A DNA stretch of 64,000 nucleotides from an uncultured Gemmatimonadaceae bacterium (GCA_963740355.1 CAVUDW010000002.1:800001-864000); one strand, 5' to 3'; counted from the stretch's first letter, positions 38,809 to 51,203 are shown. The notes: a model not told the origin generated them from the sequence alone. Numbers and translations: made by a program.

Positions 38809-40083
38809 CTACTGCGGCGTGGCGGGTGGTTCGTCGCTGCCGGGTGGCCGATTGCCGCGCCCGCGTCGCCCACCGCGGCGTCCACGACGGCGACGACGCT
38901 TGGGCGCCTCACCGGTGATGGGATCGACAGCGCCCGTGGCCTCGTCACCGTCGTCGGCACTGTCGCTGTCATCGTCATCCAGCTCGCCGTCGGCATCGGC
39001 AACCACGGGTACACTGACCGGCGTCTTGACGCGCGGCGGTGGTGGTGCCGGTGGCGTTGGTGCCGACGCCGGTGCGACGGGTGCAGCGGCCGCTGGTGCC
39101 GATGCGGTTGGCAACACTGGCAACTTGCGATCAGATGGCGGAACGCGTGTGCGATCGGTGAGCGTCGGGGCGTCGTCGAATGGCAGCACGCCTTCCTCGG
39201 CCATCTCCCGGGCATCGGCGATGCTGTATTCCTCGGTCACGCCAGGCGTCCAGCCCGACGTTTCGCGACGCAATTCGAGCAGCGTCACGATGCGCGACTC
39301 GCCATCCGGCGCCCGCAGCGTCACCCGATCGTGGAAGATGTCGTTCAGCATCACCTTCTCCTCACCCTTCGAGGTGGTGATGATCTTGCCTTCCTTCGGG
39401 AAACGCTTGCGGCTCTGCACGTAGAACTCGTGTTCATAGCGCAGGCAACACATCAGCCGTCCGCAGGCACCGCTGATCTGCGTCGGATTGAGCGACAGCT
39501 TCTGGTCCTTCGCCACGCCGAGGTTCACCGGGCGCAGGTCAGGCAGCCAGGACGCCGAGCAGTACTGCCGTCCACAGCGACCGATGCCATCCAGTCGCTT
39601 GGCTTCATCGCGCACACCGATCTGCTTCAACTCGATGCGCGCCTTGAAGGTCGCGGCGAGGTCGCGCACCAGCGTGCGGAAATCGACGCGCTTTTCAGCG
39701 GTGAAGTACAGGGTCAGCTTGCGACGATCGAACTGCCACTCGGCGTCGGTGAGCTTCATCTGCAGGCTCAGCGCACGCACCTGCGCCATCGCGGCCCGGC
39801 GCGTCAGTTCGTTCTCTTCCACCAATGCTTCGGCGCGCCGCACTTCCTCGCGCGTGGCGAGGCGGATGACGCGCTTGGTCGCTTCACCGACGAGCGCACC
39901 GTGCGCCACGCCGGCAAACCGCTTCTCGGCGAATTCGCCGGTCGCGTGCACCTGCCCGAGATCTTCACCGCGATCGCCCTCGACGATGACGTGCGCCGGG
40001 GGCGCAGGAGGCGGTACGACATCCTCCCACTTGAAGAACTCCTTCCGGTTGCCCTTGAAGGCAACCTCGATCAGGTCCGACAT
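38809..40083 (-). CDS. ricT: PSP1-domain / RicT (YaaT) regulatory Fe-S protein with long disordered tail
   Basis: YFTAEKRVDFR.LV.DLA..F..RIEL.QIGVRDEAK..G.G.CGR, AKDQ.LSLNP..ISG.CGRLMCCL.YE. Confidence 0.88.
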   Translation of the reverse strand: MSDLIEVAFKGNRKEFFKWEDVVPPPAPPAHVIVEGDRGEDLGQVHATGEFAEKRFAGVAHGALVGEATKRVIRLATREEVRRAEALVEENELTRRAAMAQVRALSLQMKLTDAEWQFDRRKLTLYFTAEKRVDFRTLVRDLAATFKARIELKQIGVRDEAKRLDGIGRCGRQYCSASWLPDLRPVNLGVAKDQKLSLNPTQISGACGRLMCCLRYEHEFYVQSRKRFPKEGKIITTSKGEEKVMLNDIFHDRVTLRAPDGESRIVTLLELRRETSGWTPGVTEEYSIADAREMAEEGVLPFDDAPTLTDRTRVPPSDRKLPVLPTASAPAAAAPVAPASAPTPPAPPPPRVKTPVSVPVVADADGELDDDDSDSADDGDEATGAVDPITGEAPKRRRRRGRRGGRRGRGNRPPGSDEPPATPQ

Positions 40084-40096
40084 CTATTCCTGACGC

Positions 40097-41065
40097 TCAG
40101 CCGATGAACTGGCCCATGCGCAGGAACTTCTCGCGGCGGCGGCGCACGAGCTTCTCCGGACGCAGGCCACGGAGGTCGTCGAGCAGGCGGACGAGTGTCG
40201 ACTTGAGCGTGGCAGCGGCGGCATCATGGTTGGTGTGCGCACCACCTTCGGGTTCCGGCACGATCTCGTCGATCACGCGAAGCTCGACGAGGTCCGGCGC
40301 GGTGATGCGCAACGCCTTGGCAGCCTTCTCCTTGGCTTCGACGGACTTGTTGTCCTTCCAGAGGATCGCGGCGCAGCCTTCGACCGAGATCACGGAATAG
40401 ACGGCGTTCTCGAGCATCAGCACTCGATCCGCAACGCCAAGTGCCAGCGCGCCACCAGACCCACCTTCGCCGATGACCGTGGCGATGATCGGCACGGCGA
40501 GTTGACTCATCTCGAAGATGTTGCGCGCGATGGCTTCGCTCTGCCCGCGCTCTTCGGCACCGAGCCCTGGCCAGGCGCCCGGCGTGTCGATGAAGGTCAA
40601 CACGGGTACCTGGAACTTCTCGGCCAGCTTCATGAGACGCAGCGCCTTGCGATAGCCCTCTGGATGCGGCATCGCGAAGTTGCGCTTCAGGTTGTCCTTG
40701 GTGTCACGACCACGCTGATGACCGATGATCATCACCGTCTCACCTTCCAGCCGTGCCCAACCGCCAACGATCGCGGCGTCCTCGCGGAAGGCACGATCGC
40801 CGTGCAGCTCGATGAAGTCGGTGAAGATCCGTTCGATGTAATCGAGCGTGAAGGGCCGCATCTTGAAGCGGGCCACCTCGACGCGCTGCAGTGGAGTGAG
40901 CTGCTTGTAGATCTCCTTGCGGAGCTCGGTCAGGCGCTTCTCCAGCGGTTCGATCTCGAGCGCCACACCGAACGACGCGTCACCGGCCAGACGCTTGAGG
41001 TCGTCGATGCGCTGTTCGAGTTCGGCGATGGGCTTTTCGAACTCCAGCGCTGCAGCAGTTGCCAT
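40097..41065 (-). CDS. accA: Acetyl-CoA carboxylase carboxyltransferase alpha subunit
   Basis: LEFEKPI, ELHGDR, PEGYRKALRLM.LAEKF, DTPGA.PG.GAEERGQ, GEGGSGGAL. Confidence 0.97.
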   Translation of the reverse strand: MATAAALEFEKPIAELEQRIDDLKRLAGDASFGVALEIEPLEKRLTELRKEIYKQLTPLQRVEVARFKMRPFTLDYIERIFTDFIELHGDRAFREDAAIVGGWARLEGETVMIIGHQRGRDTKDNLKRNFAMPHPEGYRKALRLMKLAEKFQVPVLTFIDTPGAWPGLGAEERGQSEAIARNIFEMSQLAVPIIATVIGEGGSGGALALGVADRVLMLENAVYSVISVEGCAAILWKDNKSVEAKEKAAKALRITAPDLVELRVIDEIVPEPEGGAHTNHDAAAATLKSTLVRLLDDLRGLRPEKLVRRRREKFLRMGQFIG

Positions 41066-41086
41066 GTTCTGATCTCCTCAGCGCGC

Positions 41087-44000
41087 TCAATTACCGCGGA
41101 CGAGCCGTACTCGCTCGTGCCCCAGCAAGGCGCGCAATTCGGTCAAAGCGGCCCCATCGGCCGCCATCGTCAGCGTACGCGAACGGAAGCGCGACGGGAT
41201 ACCGAACCCGTCAATCCAGAACACTTCCAGTGGTGCCGTTCCGGGGTGGCTCTCTGCCACGGCCCTGATATCCCCCATCACGGCGGGAGACATCCCGGCA
41301 CTCGCCTGCAATTGCAACGACACGATTACCGCTCCGTTCGTCCGACGTTCGGCGAGCGGAGTGACATCGTCCACGATGAACGTCGGCTTCTCGTTGTCCT
41401 GATCTCGCCGACCATACCCACCCTTGAGCAGCACTGGAACGTCGGTCCGAATCCGGTCCGACAGCACCGACCATGCCTCCGGGAATACTAGGACCTCGGC
41501 AGAGCCTGAGAAGTCCTCGACGGTCAATCGAGCGAAATCCTTTCCTGAGTTTTTACTAACCTGGCGCTTCACGGCGGTGATCACGACGCCGAGCGCCATC
41601 TTTTCGCCGGTCCAGCCCTGCAGCTGCGCGACGGTATGGGTCGCGAAGAGCTCGCACTCGGTCCGGAACGGCTCGAGCGGGTGTCCGGAGATATAAAAGC
41701 CAAGAATCGCCTTCTCCTGCGAGAGGCGCTCAGAATCCGACCAGACGGGAGTATTGGGGAGCGTCGGGCCGTGCTTGGCCTGACCGTCCACCGTCGCGCT
41801 CGCCGGGCCGAGGTCGCCAAACAGCGATCCCTGACCGATGCTCGCCTCTTCCTGCTTGAGCCCGGCTTCGCTGATGGCGGCATCGAGCGCGGCGATCAGC
41901 TGAGCCCGGTGCCCGCCGAGGGCGTCGAGGGCGCCGCTCTGGATCAGGGCCTCGAACACGCGACGGTTGCAGAGGCGCAGGTCCACCCGCTCGCAGAACT
42001 CGAAGAGGGTCGTGAAGGGACCCGTCTTCTTGGCGTTGATGATCGAGTCGATGGCTGCCCGTCCGACGTTCCGGACCGCGCCGAGGCCGAACCGAATTCG
42101 CTTGTCGGCGATGACGGTGAACTTGAAGTTCGACTCGTTCACATCCGGCGGCAGGATCTCGATGCCCATCTCGCGGGCTTCGGCGATGTACTTGATGACA
42201 CTTTCCGTGTCGCCGATCTGCGACGACAGGAGTGCCGCCATGAACTCGGCCGGGTAGTGCGCCTTCAGGTACGCGGTGTGATACGCGACCACTGAATACG
42301 CAACCGAGTGCGACTTATTGAAGCCGTAGCGGCCGAAGGTCTCGATCTGGCCCGCGAGTTCCTTGATGATCTTCGGATCGTGCCCACGCGCCACGGCCTT
42401 CGTCTCGAACTTGCCGAGCTCCTGGCCGATCAGGACGGCGTCCTTCTTGCCCACCGCCTTTCGCAGTACGTCGGCTTCGGCCAGCGAGATGCCAGCCAGC
42501 ACCTGCGCGATGCGCATCACCTGTTCCTGGTAGGTGATGACGCCGTAGGTGGTGGAGAGAATCGCTTCCAGCTCAGGCAGCGCGTAGGAGACCGGCTCCT
42601 CGCCCTTCTTGCGCCGGATGTAGACCTTGTGCATGCCTGCGTCGAGCGGCCCCGGACGCAGGAGCGCGTTCGAGGCGACGAGGTCGTCGAAACGGTCGCA
42701 ACGCATGCTGCGCAGCACGTCGGTGGCGAGCGGTGATTCGAACTGGAACACGCCGCCGGTGCGACCCGCGCGCAACATGCGGTAGGTCGCCTCGTCGTCG
42801 AGGGCCAGCGTGTCGAGATCGATCTGCGTGCCCGAGCGCTCGAAGATGTTCTTCACCGCGTCGGTGATCACCGTCAGGGTGGTGAGACCGAGGAAGTCCA
42901 TCTTCAACATGCCAGCCTTTTCGAGGCTGTTCATGTCGTACTGCGTCACGACTACCGATTCATCGTCGCCTGATCCGGCACCCTTGGACGACTGGATGCA
43001 GATCGGGACGTAGTTGTCGAGCGGGCCGGGCGCGATGACGACGCCGGCGGCATGCACGCCGGTGTGGCGCGAAAGACCTTCCAGCGCCGAGGCATAGTCG
43101 AGGAGCTGGTGATAGCGCTCTTCGTTCTCGTATCGCGACTTCACATCTGCGACGTCGCGAATCGCCTCCTTCACCGTCAGCGAGTGGTTCGGCGCGTTCG
43201 GGATCAGCTTCGCGAGGGCGTCGGTCTCCGCAGGGGTGAAGCCGAGCACGCGACCCACGTCCTTGACTGCGGCGCGGCTCTTCATCGTTCCGAAGGTCAC
43301 GATCTGTCCGACGCTCTCCTTGCCGTACTTCTGCCGCACATACTCGATCACTTCGCCCCGTCGCTCGAAGCAGAAGTCGACGTCGACGTCCGGCATCGAG
43401 ACGCGTTCGGGATTGAGGAAGCGTTCGAAGAGCAGGTCGAACTTGAGCGGGCAGACGTTCGTGATCTTGAGGGCGTACGCCACCAGCGAGCCGGCGGCCG
43501 AGCCTCGCCCGGGACCAACCGGAATTCCGCGATCGCGTGCGGCCTTGATGAAGTCGGCCGTAATCAGGAAGTAGCCGGCATACCCGGTTCGCGTGATGAC
43601 GTCGAGCTCATAGGTCAGTCGATCGGCCACTTCCTGCGAATACGGCGTACCGTAGCGCTGGCGCGCGCCTTCCTCGGCCAGCTGGACGAGAAGGTCGTTT
43701 TCGCTGGTGACGCCTTCGGGCAGCGGAAAGGCCGGCACGAAGTACTGCTTCTTGAACTGGACGTCGGTTTCGTCCGCGATCTTGAGGGTGTTCTCGAGGA
43801 CGTCTGGCCGATCCGGGAACCGGGCGCGCATTTCGTCGGCTGACTTGAAGTACAGTCCTCCGTCGTAGTGCATCCGATTAGTATCATTCCTGTCCTTGCC
43901 GAGCCCGATGCAGAGCAGGACGTCGTGTGCGTCGTGGTCGGAGTGCCGAAGGAAATGCGCGTCGTTGGTGGCAATGACGGGCAGCCCCATCTCGGCGCCG

Positions 44001-44578
44001 AGGGTGAAGATCTGTTCGTTGAGGCGTGCCTGGCCGCCGGAATCGTGTGCCTGGACTTCGAGGTAGTAGCGATCCTTGAAGACCTCGGCGTACCAGGCGG
44101 CGGTGGCGCGGGCTTCGTCCCAGCGGTTCGCCTCGAGGTGGTGTGCGACTTCGCCAGCGAGGCAGGCGGAACTGACCACCAGCCCCTCGGAGTACTTCTC
44201 GAGGAGCTCCCGGTCGACACGAGGGCGCGTGTAGAACCCTTCGGTGTACCCGAGGGAGGACAGCTTGATGAGGTTCTGGTAGCCGACGCGGTCGCGGGCG
44301 AGTAGTACGAGATGGTAGTACGGTCGCAGTCCGGGACCCGGACGGGCCTTCAGTCGTCTGTCTCCGGTGGCGACATATGCTTCCATGCCCAGAATGGGGC
44401 GCAGGCCCGCCTTCCGTGTCTTCTCCTGAAACTCCCACGCCGCATGCATGTTGCCGTGGTCGGTGATCGCAAGAGCGGGCTGCTCGAGTTCCGCGGCGCG
44501 TCGGATGAGGTCATCAATCCGGTTGGCGCCGTCGAGGAGCGAGTACTCCGAGTGACAATGCAGGTGCACGAAAGACAT
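41087..44578 (-). CDS. dnaE: DNA polymerase III alpha subunit
   Basis: FVHLHCHSEYSLLDG PHP domain, GPGRGSAAGSLVAY, FERFLNPERVSMPDVDVDF, YGFNKSH; no intein-sized insertion. Confidence 0.98.
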   Translation of the reverse strand: MSFVHLHCHSEYSLLDGANRIDDLIRRAAELEQPALAITDHGNMHAAWEFQEKTRKAGLRPILGMEAYVATGDRRLKARPGPGLRPYYHLVLLARDRVGYQNLIKLSSLGYTEGFYTRPRVDRELLEKYSEGLVVSSACLAGEVAHHLEANRWDEARATAAWYAEVFKDRYYLEVQAHDSGGQARLNEQIFTLGAEMGLPVIATNDAHFLRHSDHDAHDVLLCIGLGKDRNDTNRMHYDGGLYFKSADEMRARFPDRPDVLENTLKIADETDVQFKKQYFVPAFPLPEGVTSENDLLVQLAEEGARQRYGTPYSQEVADRLTYELDVITRTGYAGYFLITADFIKAARDRGIPVGPGRGSAAGSLVAYALKITNVCPLKFDLLFERFLNPERVSMPDVDVDFCFERRGEVIEYVRQKYGKESVGQIVTFGTMKSRAAVKDVGRVLGFTPAETDALAKLIPNAPNHSLTVKEAIRDVADVKSRYENEERYHQLLDYASALEGLSRHTGVHAAGVVIAPGPLDNYVPICIQSSKGAGSGDDESVVVTQYDMNSLEKAGMLKMDFLGLTTLTVITDAVKNIFERSGTQIDLDTLALDDEATYRMLRAGRTGGVFQFESPLATDVLRSMRCDRFDDLVASNALLRPGPLDAGMHKVYIRRKKGEEPVSYALPELEAILSTTYGVITYQEQVMRIAQVLAGISLAEADVLRKAVGKKDAVLIGQELGKFETKAVARGHDPKIIKELAGQIETFGRYGFNKSHSVAYSVVAYHTAYLKAHYPAEFMAALLSSQIGDTESVIKYIAEAREMGIEILPPDVNESNFKFTVIADKRIRFGLGAVRNVGRAAIDSIINAKKTGPFTTLFEFCERVDLRLCNRRVFEALIQSGALDALGGHRAQLIAALDAAISEAGLKQEEASIGQGSLFGDLGPASATVDGQAKHGPTLPNTPVWSDSERLSQEKAILGFYISGHPLEPFRTECELFATHTVAQLQGWTGEKMALGVVITAVKRQVSKNSGKDFARLTVEDFSGSAEVLVFPEAWSVLSDRIRTDVPVLLKGGYGRRDQDNEKPTFIVDDVTPLAERRTNGAVIVSLQLQASAGMSPAVMGDIRAVAESHPGTAPLEVFWIDGFGIPSRFRSRTLTMAADGAALTELRALLGHERVRLVRGN

Positions 44579-44653
44579 AAGACCGGTAATCTAACCGTTC
44601 ACGGCAGGTGCAGGATTCTGCCGGCCCGACCCCAGCCAGAGCGTAACTTCTTG

Positions 44654-46420
44654 ATGCCAAACACTTTGAACGTCTCGTGGGGTCGGATTTCCCGGATTGG
44701 GGTGCTTTTGTCGAGCGCGGCCCTGGTGGCATGCTCGGATGGCACGAAGCCGATCGAACCGCCACCGGTGACCAGCACGGCGACTGCCGTGACCCTCGAT
44801 GTCTTCGGCGCGCAGACGGTGGCCGGCAATGGCGGGGTGAAGTTCGTGAACCCTGGCCGCTACGCCGTGATCCCGCAGTTCGCCGCCACGACCGACTTCG
44901 CGACGCCCGCGTCGACCCGCACATCGGTGCCGGACTACGCGTTCACGATCGGCGGCGTGGCCAGCGTGACCGCCCGAGTGGCGCCGATCGACCCGAAGCC
45001 TGCCGCGAGCCTGACGGTGGCGGAAGCGTTCCACATGCACCTCCGCGATCTCGAGGCGCAGGAAGCGCCACGGGCGATCGCATACATGCAGCAGCTGAAG
45101 GCGCGCCCGCCGGTCAGCCTGCAGGTGCAGGCCGCGCAGGCCCAGGCAGCCGCAACACGTGACTTCAAGGTGCTGTCGTCGCTCACCACGAGCACTTACT
45201 CCACGGTGACGGCCCGCCTTGTCTACTCGGGCAACAACATCCTGCTCTACGTGGACAATCAGCCGGTGCAGGGGACGACGTTCACCGACACGGAATACGA
45301 GTCGTTCGGCCGTCAGTTCGACCAGGACCTGTATCCAATCGACGTGAACGCCTTCGGCTCGGTGTCGGACATCGATGCCAACGGCAAGACGTATGTGCTC
45401 TTCACGCCGCTCGTGAACCGGCTCACGCTGAATTCCGGATCGTGTGGCTCGTACGTGGCCGGCTTCTTCAATGGCGCCGACCTCTCCGGCAACACGAACG
45501 CCAATCGCGCCGAGATCTTCTACTCGTCGGTGCCGGGTGAACCAGCTGGCGGCGCGACCTGCACGCCGCTCAGTCTTGCCGTGGTGCGTCAGAGTGCGCC
45601 GGCGACGTTCATCCACGAATTGCAGCACATGATCTCGTACAACCAGCATGTGTTGACGCGGAACTCGACGACCGAGTCGGTGTGGTTGAATGAAGGCTTG
45701 AGCCACATGGCGGAAGAACTCGGCGGCAAGTTGTACGAGACGCGGTATCCCTGCCCGAACCTTCCGCCGTGCCCGCCCGCTGGCCGTGCCAGCACGGCGC
45801 AGATCTTCCCTGATTCGGCGCAGGGATTCCTGCCACCGAACTTCGGCAATGCGTACGACTTCTTCTCGTCACGCCTCGACTTCTCGCTCACGTCACCGAC
45901 GGGCTTCGGCACGATCGAGGAGCGTGGTGTGGCATGGCTCTTCCTGCGCTGGTTGGTGGACCAGAAGGGAGAAGGGAAGCTGGCGCAGCTGGTGCAGACA
46001 TCTCGATCCAGTACCGCGAACATCGAGGCGGTGATGGGCGAGACGTTCCCCGTGCTGTACGCCGACTTCCTGACCGCGACGCTGCTCGACGACTTCCCGG
46101 GCGCCACCGCTGGCCAGATTTCCTCGCGTTACCAGTACACGAGCCGCAACCTGCGCGCGATCTACGCACGATTGAACTCGATCGCGGCTTCGTCGTACCC
46201 GACCGCCTATCCGCTCGACGTCAACGATCTCGCCAGTGCCGAGCGCCTGACACCGTCGTCCGTGGTGCTGTCGCGACAGATGAAGCCAGGCTCGCTGGAT
46301 CTGTTCAGCTTCACATCGACGGCCGCCAACACCGGTCTCACGTTCAAGCCGGCGACGGGCACTTTCCTGACGACGTTGAACGCACAGGTGACGGTGGTCA
46401 GGCTGCCGACCACACCCTGA
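44654..46420 (+). CDS. Zinc metallopeptidase lipoprotein (gluzincin-type, M30-like)
   Basis: LVAC lipobox; FG.VSDIDANG; HELQHMI...WLNEGLSHMAE (HEXXH...E). Confidence 0.75.
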   Translation: MPNTLNVSWGRISRIGVLLSSAALVACSDGTKPIEPPPVTSTATAVTLDVFGAQTVAGNGGVKFVNPGRYAVIPQFAATTDFATPASTRTSVPDYAFTIGGVASVTARVAPIDPKPAASLTVAEAFHMHLRDLEAQEAPRAIAYMQQLKARPPVSLQVQAAQAQAAATRDFKVLSSLTTSTYSTVTARLVYSGNNILLYVDNQPVQGTTFTDTEYESFGRQFDQDLYPIDVNAFGSVSDIDANGKTYVLFTPLVNRLTLNSGSCGSYVAGFFNGADLSGNTNANRAEIFYSSVPGEPAGGATCTPLSLAVVRQSAPATFIHELQHMISYNQHVLTRNSTTESVWLNEGLSHMAEELGGKLYETRYPCPNLPPCPPAGRASTAQIFPDSAQGFLPPNFGNAYDFFSSRLDFSLTSPTGFGTIEERGVAWLFLRWLVDQKGEGKLAQLVQTSRSSTANIEAVMGETFPVLYADFLTATLLDDFPGATAGQISSRYQYTSRNLRAIYARLNSIAASSYPTAYPLDVNDLASAERLTPSSVVLSRQMKPGSLDLFSFTSTAANTGLTFKPATGTFLTTLNAQVTVVRLPTTP

Positions 46421-46475
46421 TTGATCTTCGGGTCCCATCGATCGGCGCAGTGCCACACGACCCTTCGTTGACGCA

Positions 46476-47589
46476 ATGAATCGTCGACGGGTGTTCATGT
46501 GGCTGCGCCGATCGTTGCTTGCGTTGCTCGTGCTGACGGTCGGCGTTCCTGACGCTGGTGCCAATCGGTCGCTACCTGGCGCGCGCGGCGTACGAGGAAG
46601 GGAAGATCCTCGCTCGGCGACAGCCGATCGATGCCTTGATCGCCGATCCGACGACCGAGGCGCCACTGCGCGCCAAGCTGCAGTTGGTGCTCGATGCGCG
46701 ACGATTCGCGATCGACTCACTGGGCCTGCGTGCACAGGAGGAGTTCACGACGTTCTCGCGGCTCGACCGGGATACGCTCGTCCTGGTGCTGAGCGCCGCC
46801 TACCGGGATTCACTGGCCTTCCGCACCTGGTGGTTCCCGGTGGTTGGGAGTGTGCCGTACAAGGGCTTTTTCGATTTCGAGCAGGGGAAGCGGGAGGCAA
46901 AGGCGGTTGACGCGGCCGGCTTCGACGCCGTGTTGCGACCGGCCTCCGCGTTCAGCACGCTGGGGTGGTTCAACGATCCGCTGCTCCCGACGACGCTGGC
47001 GCTCGACACACTGGAGCTGGCGAACACGGTGATTCACGAGCTGGTGCACACGACGTACTACGCACCGGGTCAGGCGGTCTTCAATGAAAGCCTGGCGAAC
47101 TTCGTAGGTTCGCGCGGCGCCGAACGGTTCTTCCGCGCGCGTGGCCAGGTGCAGGCGGCGGATGAAGTGGTGAAGCGCTGGGATGACGAACGTGTCTTCG
47201 GTGAGTTCTGGTTGGGGCTGTATACCTCGATCGATTCGGCCTTCAAGGCGCACCCCGGCGATCGCGCCGCTCGGCTCGTGGCGCGCGACACCGTGTTCAG
47301 CCGAGCGCGCGTCCACCTGCGCACCGCGCTGGCACCACGCCTGGTGACGATGGATTCGACTGCGATCGCACGGGTCCGGCTGAACACGGCCGCGATCCTC
47401 GCGCGTCGCATCTATCTCACCGACCTCGAACTGTTCGAGCGCGTACTTCGGCAATCGAACGGTGACGTGCGGGCTGCGACGGCAAAGCTCCTTGACCTCG
47501 CGCGTCAATCACCCGACGCGCCCTATGCGTCGGTCCGGAAGTTCCTCGGCGATGCTGTCCCGGACTCCGTGCGAGGATCCGGGCGCTGA
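46476..47589 (+). pseudogene. Putative zinc aminopeptidase (Aminopep-type family) with an apparent +1 frameshift near 46542
   Basis: N-terminal anchor MNRRRVFMWLRRSLLALLVLTV in one frame; body WWFPVVG.VPYKGFF, FSTLGWFNDPL, HELVH, FNESLA in the next frame, which has TGA at 46534-46536. Confidence 0.65.
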
Positions 47590-47625
47590 CCTTCACTGCG
47601 AATCGCAGAGTAGCTGTGTTGAAAG

Positions 47626-49147
<1,522 letters not shown>

Positions 49148-49157
49148 ATAAAGCTGC

Positions 49158-51203
49158 TTAGCTAAACCGAGATCGAAGTGCGGCGCGGAGGTCGAGTGTC
49201 GGCGTGGGAGGCGAGGGTTCGGGCGGGGGGGCAGGAGCGGGCGGGGGAGCGATCTGGACGCGCTGCATGGTGGCGAGCACGCGATCGTCGAGGAAGCGCG
49301 ACTTCTGGTCGAGGGAGAAGTCGGCGCTCCAGCGTGAGGCGTACGCGTACAGCGGATAGCTCACATGCAGGTGTCGCTTGGCGCGGGTGAGGGCGACGTA
49401 GAAGAGGCGGCGTTCCTCCTCGATCTGGGTCGCGTCCTTGATCGCGCGGGACGATGGAATCCAGCCGTCAGCGGCCCATAACACGAACACCGCTTCCCAC
49501 TCCTTGCCCTTGGCGGAGTGGATGGTGCTGATCACCAGTGCATCATCCTCCTCGTTGTCGCGGCCCTGTGCGAGATCGGAGGTGGCGGAGGGCGGCTCCA
49601 GCGCGAGGGCGCTGAGGAAGGCTCCGCGGCTTGGATAGCCGCTGGCGATGTGCTCCAGTTGCACCAGGTCGTTGAGCCGCACCTCGGCGTCGTCGAAGCG
49701 ATGGCGCAGGATCTCGTCGTACACACCGCGAACCAGTGCGATGTCGCTTGCCGGGTCGACACCACTGCTGGCTGACAGGCGTTGCATCAACGTCGTGAGC
49801 GCCGCGTGGGTCGATGCAGCGCGCGGTGGAGGATCCCACGCCTGCAGCCCTTCCACACGCCACGACGCACCTTCGAGGGATGCGATTGCGCGGCGAGCGG
49901 AGATCTCACCGATGCCAGGCAACAGTTGGAGCAGGCGGAACCAGCTCACCTCGTCGCGCGGATTCTCCGACGCGCGCAGGAAGGCGAGCATGTCCTTGAT
50001 GTGCGCCGCCTCGAGAAACTTGATGCCACCCCATTTCTCGAACGGAATGCGCCGAGCAGCCAACTCGATCTCAAGGTCGGCGCTCATGTAGCCGGCGCGG
50101 ACCAGCACGGCGATTTGGTCGAGCCGCAAGCCATCCGACTCCACCAGCTGCAGCAGTCGATCGCAAGTGAACATCGTCTGCGCCTGCTCGTCACGCGTCG
50201 GCACCAGCCACGGCAACTCGCCGGGGCGATCATCGATGCTGCGCAGTTGCTTGCGATACCCTTCCGTCGCCTGCGCCAGCACCGCGTTGGCCGTGTCGAG
50301 GATCGGCTGCGTGCTGCGATAGTTGCGATCGAGCGTGACGATGGTGGTGCCGGGAAACTGCACCGGAAAGTCGAGAATGTTGCGCACCGTGGCGCCGCGG
50401 AAAGCGTAGATGCTCTGCGCGTCGTCGCCGACCACGGTCACGTTCTGGTGGGCGGCGCAGAGGCCACGCAGGATGCGCGACTGCAGCACGTTGGTGTCCT
50501 GGTACTCGTCGACCAGCACATGATCGTAGCGCGAGCGAATCTTCTCGCCCAGCGGCTCGGATTCGAGCATGGCGGCCCAGAAAAGCAGCAGGTCATCGTA
50601 GTCGACGAGGTTGCGGGCCACCTTTCGTTCGACATACTCGGCGAAAACGCGACCGATGTCGGCGAGGTCATCGACATACTGCGGAAAGCCATCGCGCAGC
50701 AGGTCCTCGACGGTGCGATCGGTGTTGATGTGGCGACTGTAGAGCGCGTGAAGTGTCTCCTTCTTGGGAAACCGTCGCTCGCGAGCGCCAAAGCCGAGCG
50801 CGGCTCGCGCCAGCTGCATCAGGTCCTCGGCATCGCCCTGATCGAGGATCGTGAACCCTTCGCCGATGCCAGCTTGCTGTCCGAACTGTCGCAGCGTGCT
50901 GTGCGCCGTGGCGTGGAAGGTGCCCCCCTGCACGCGGCGACCGTGCTGGCCAGTGAGCCGTTCGACGCGCGCCAGCATTTCCTCGGCCGCGCGACGCGTG
51001 AAGGTCAGCAGCAGGATGCGTTCAGCACGGACCCCGCGCTCGATCAGCGAGGCGACGCGATGGACCAGCGTGCGCGTCTTGCCCGTGCCGGCGCCCGCGA
51101 CGATCAGCAACGGTCCATCGCCGAACGCGACCGCCGCGCGTTGTTCGGCGTTCAGTCCGGCGTGCGCGGGCGACGGCGTCGTCGCGCCAGGTGCGTCGCT
51201 CAC
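49158..51203 (-). CDS. UvrD/Rep/PcrA-family SF1 DNA helicase
   Basis: LNAEQ, AGAGTGKT, TFTRRAA, VDEYQD, VGDDAQSIYAFRGA, NYRST, TIHSAKGKEW, EERRLFYVALTRA; GTG start overlapping the upstream TGA. Confidence 0.93.
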   Translation of the reverse strand: MSDAPGATTPSPAHAGLNAEQRAAVAFGDGPLLIVAGAGTGKTRTLVHRVASLIERGVRAERILLLTFTRRAAEEMLARVERLTGQHGRRVQGGTFHATAHSTLRQFGQQAGIGEGFTILDQGDAEDLMQLARAALGFGARERRFPKKETLHALYSRHINTDRTVEDLLRDGFPQYVDDLADIGRVFAEYVERKVARNLVDYDDLLLFWAAMLESEPLGEKIRSRYDHVLVDEYQDTNVLQSRILRGLCAAHQNVTVVGDDAQSIYAFRGATVRNILDFPVQFPGTTIVTLDRNYRSTQPILDTANAVLAQATEGYRKQLRSIDDRPGELPWLVPTRDEQAQTMFTCDRLLQLVESDGLRLDQIAVLVRAGYMSADLEIELAARRIPFEKWGGIKFLEAAHIKDMLAFLRASENPRDEVSWFRLLQLLPGIGEISARRAIASLEGASWRVEGLQAWDPPPRAASTHAALTTLMQRLSASSGVDPASDIALVRGVYDEILRHRFDDAEVRLNDLVQLEHIASGYPSRGAFLSALALEPPSATSDLAQGRDNEEDDALVISTIHSAKGKEWEAVFVLWAADGWIPSSRAIKDATQIEEERRLFYVALTRAKRHLHVSYPLYAYASRWSADFSLDQKSRFLDDRVLATMQRVQIAPPPAPAPPPEPSPPTPTLDLRAALRSRFS

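Noticed and set aside
41087..44578. Intein or split in dnaE
   Set aside because: 1163 aa is a normal length, motifs are contiguous and no intein splice motifs were seen.
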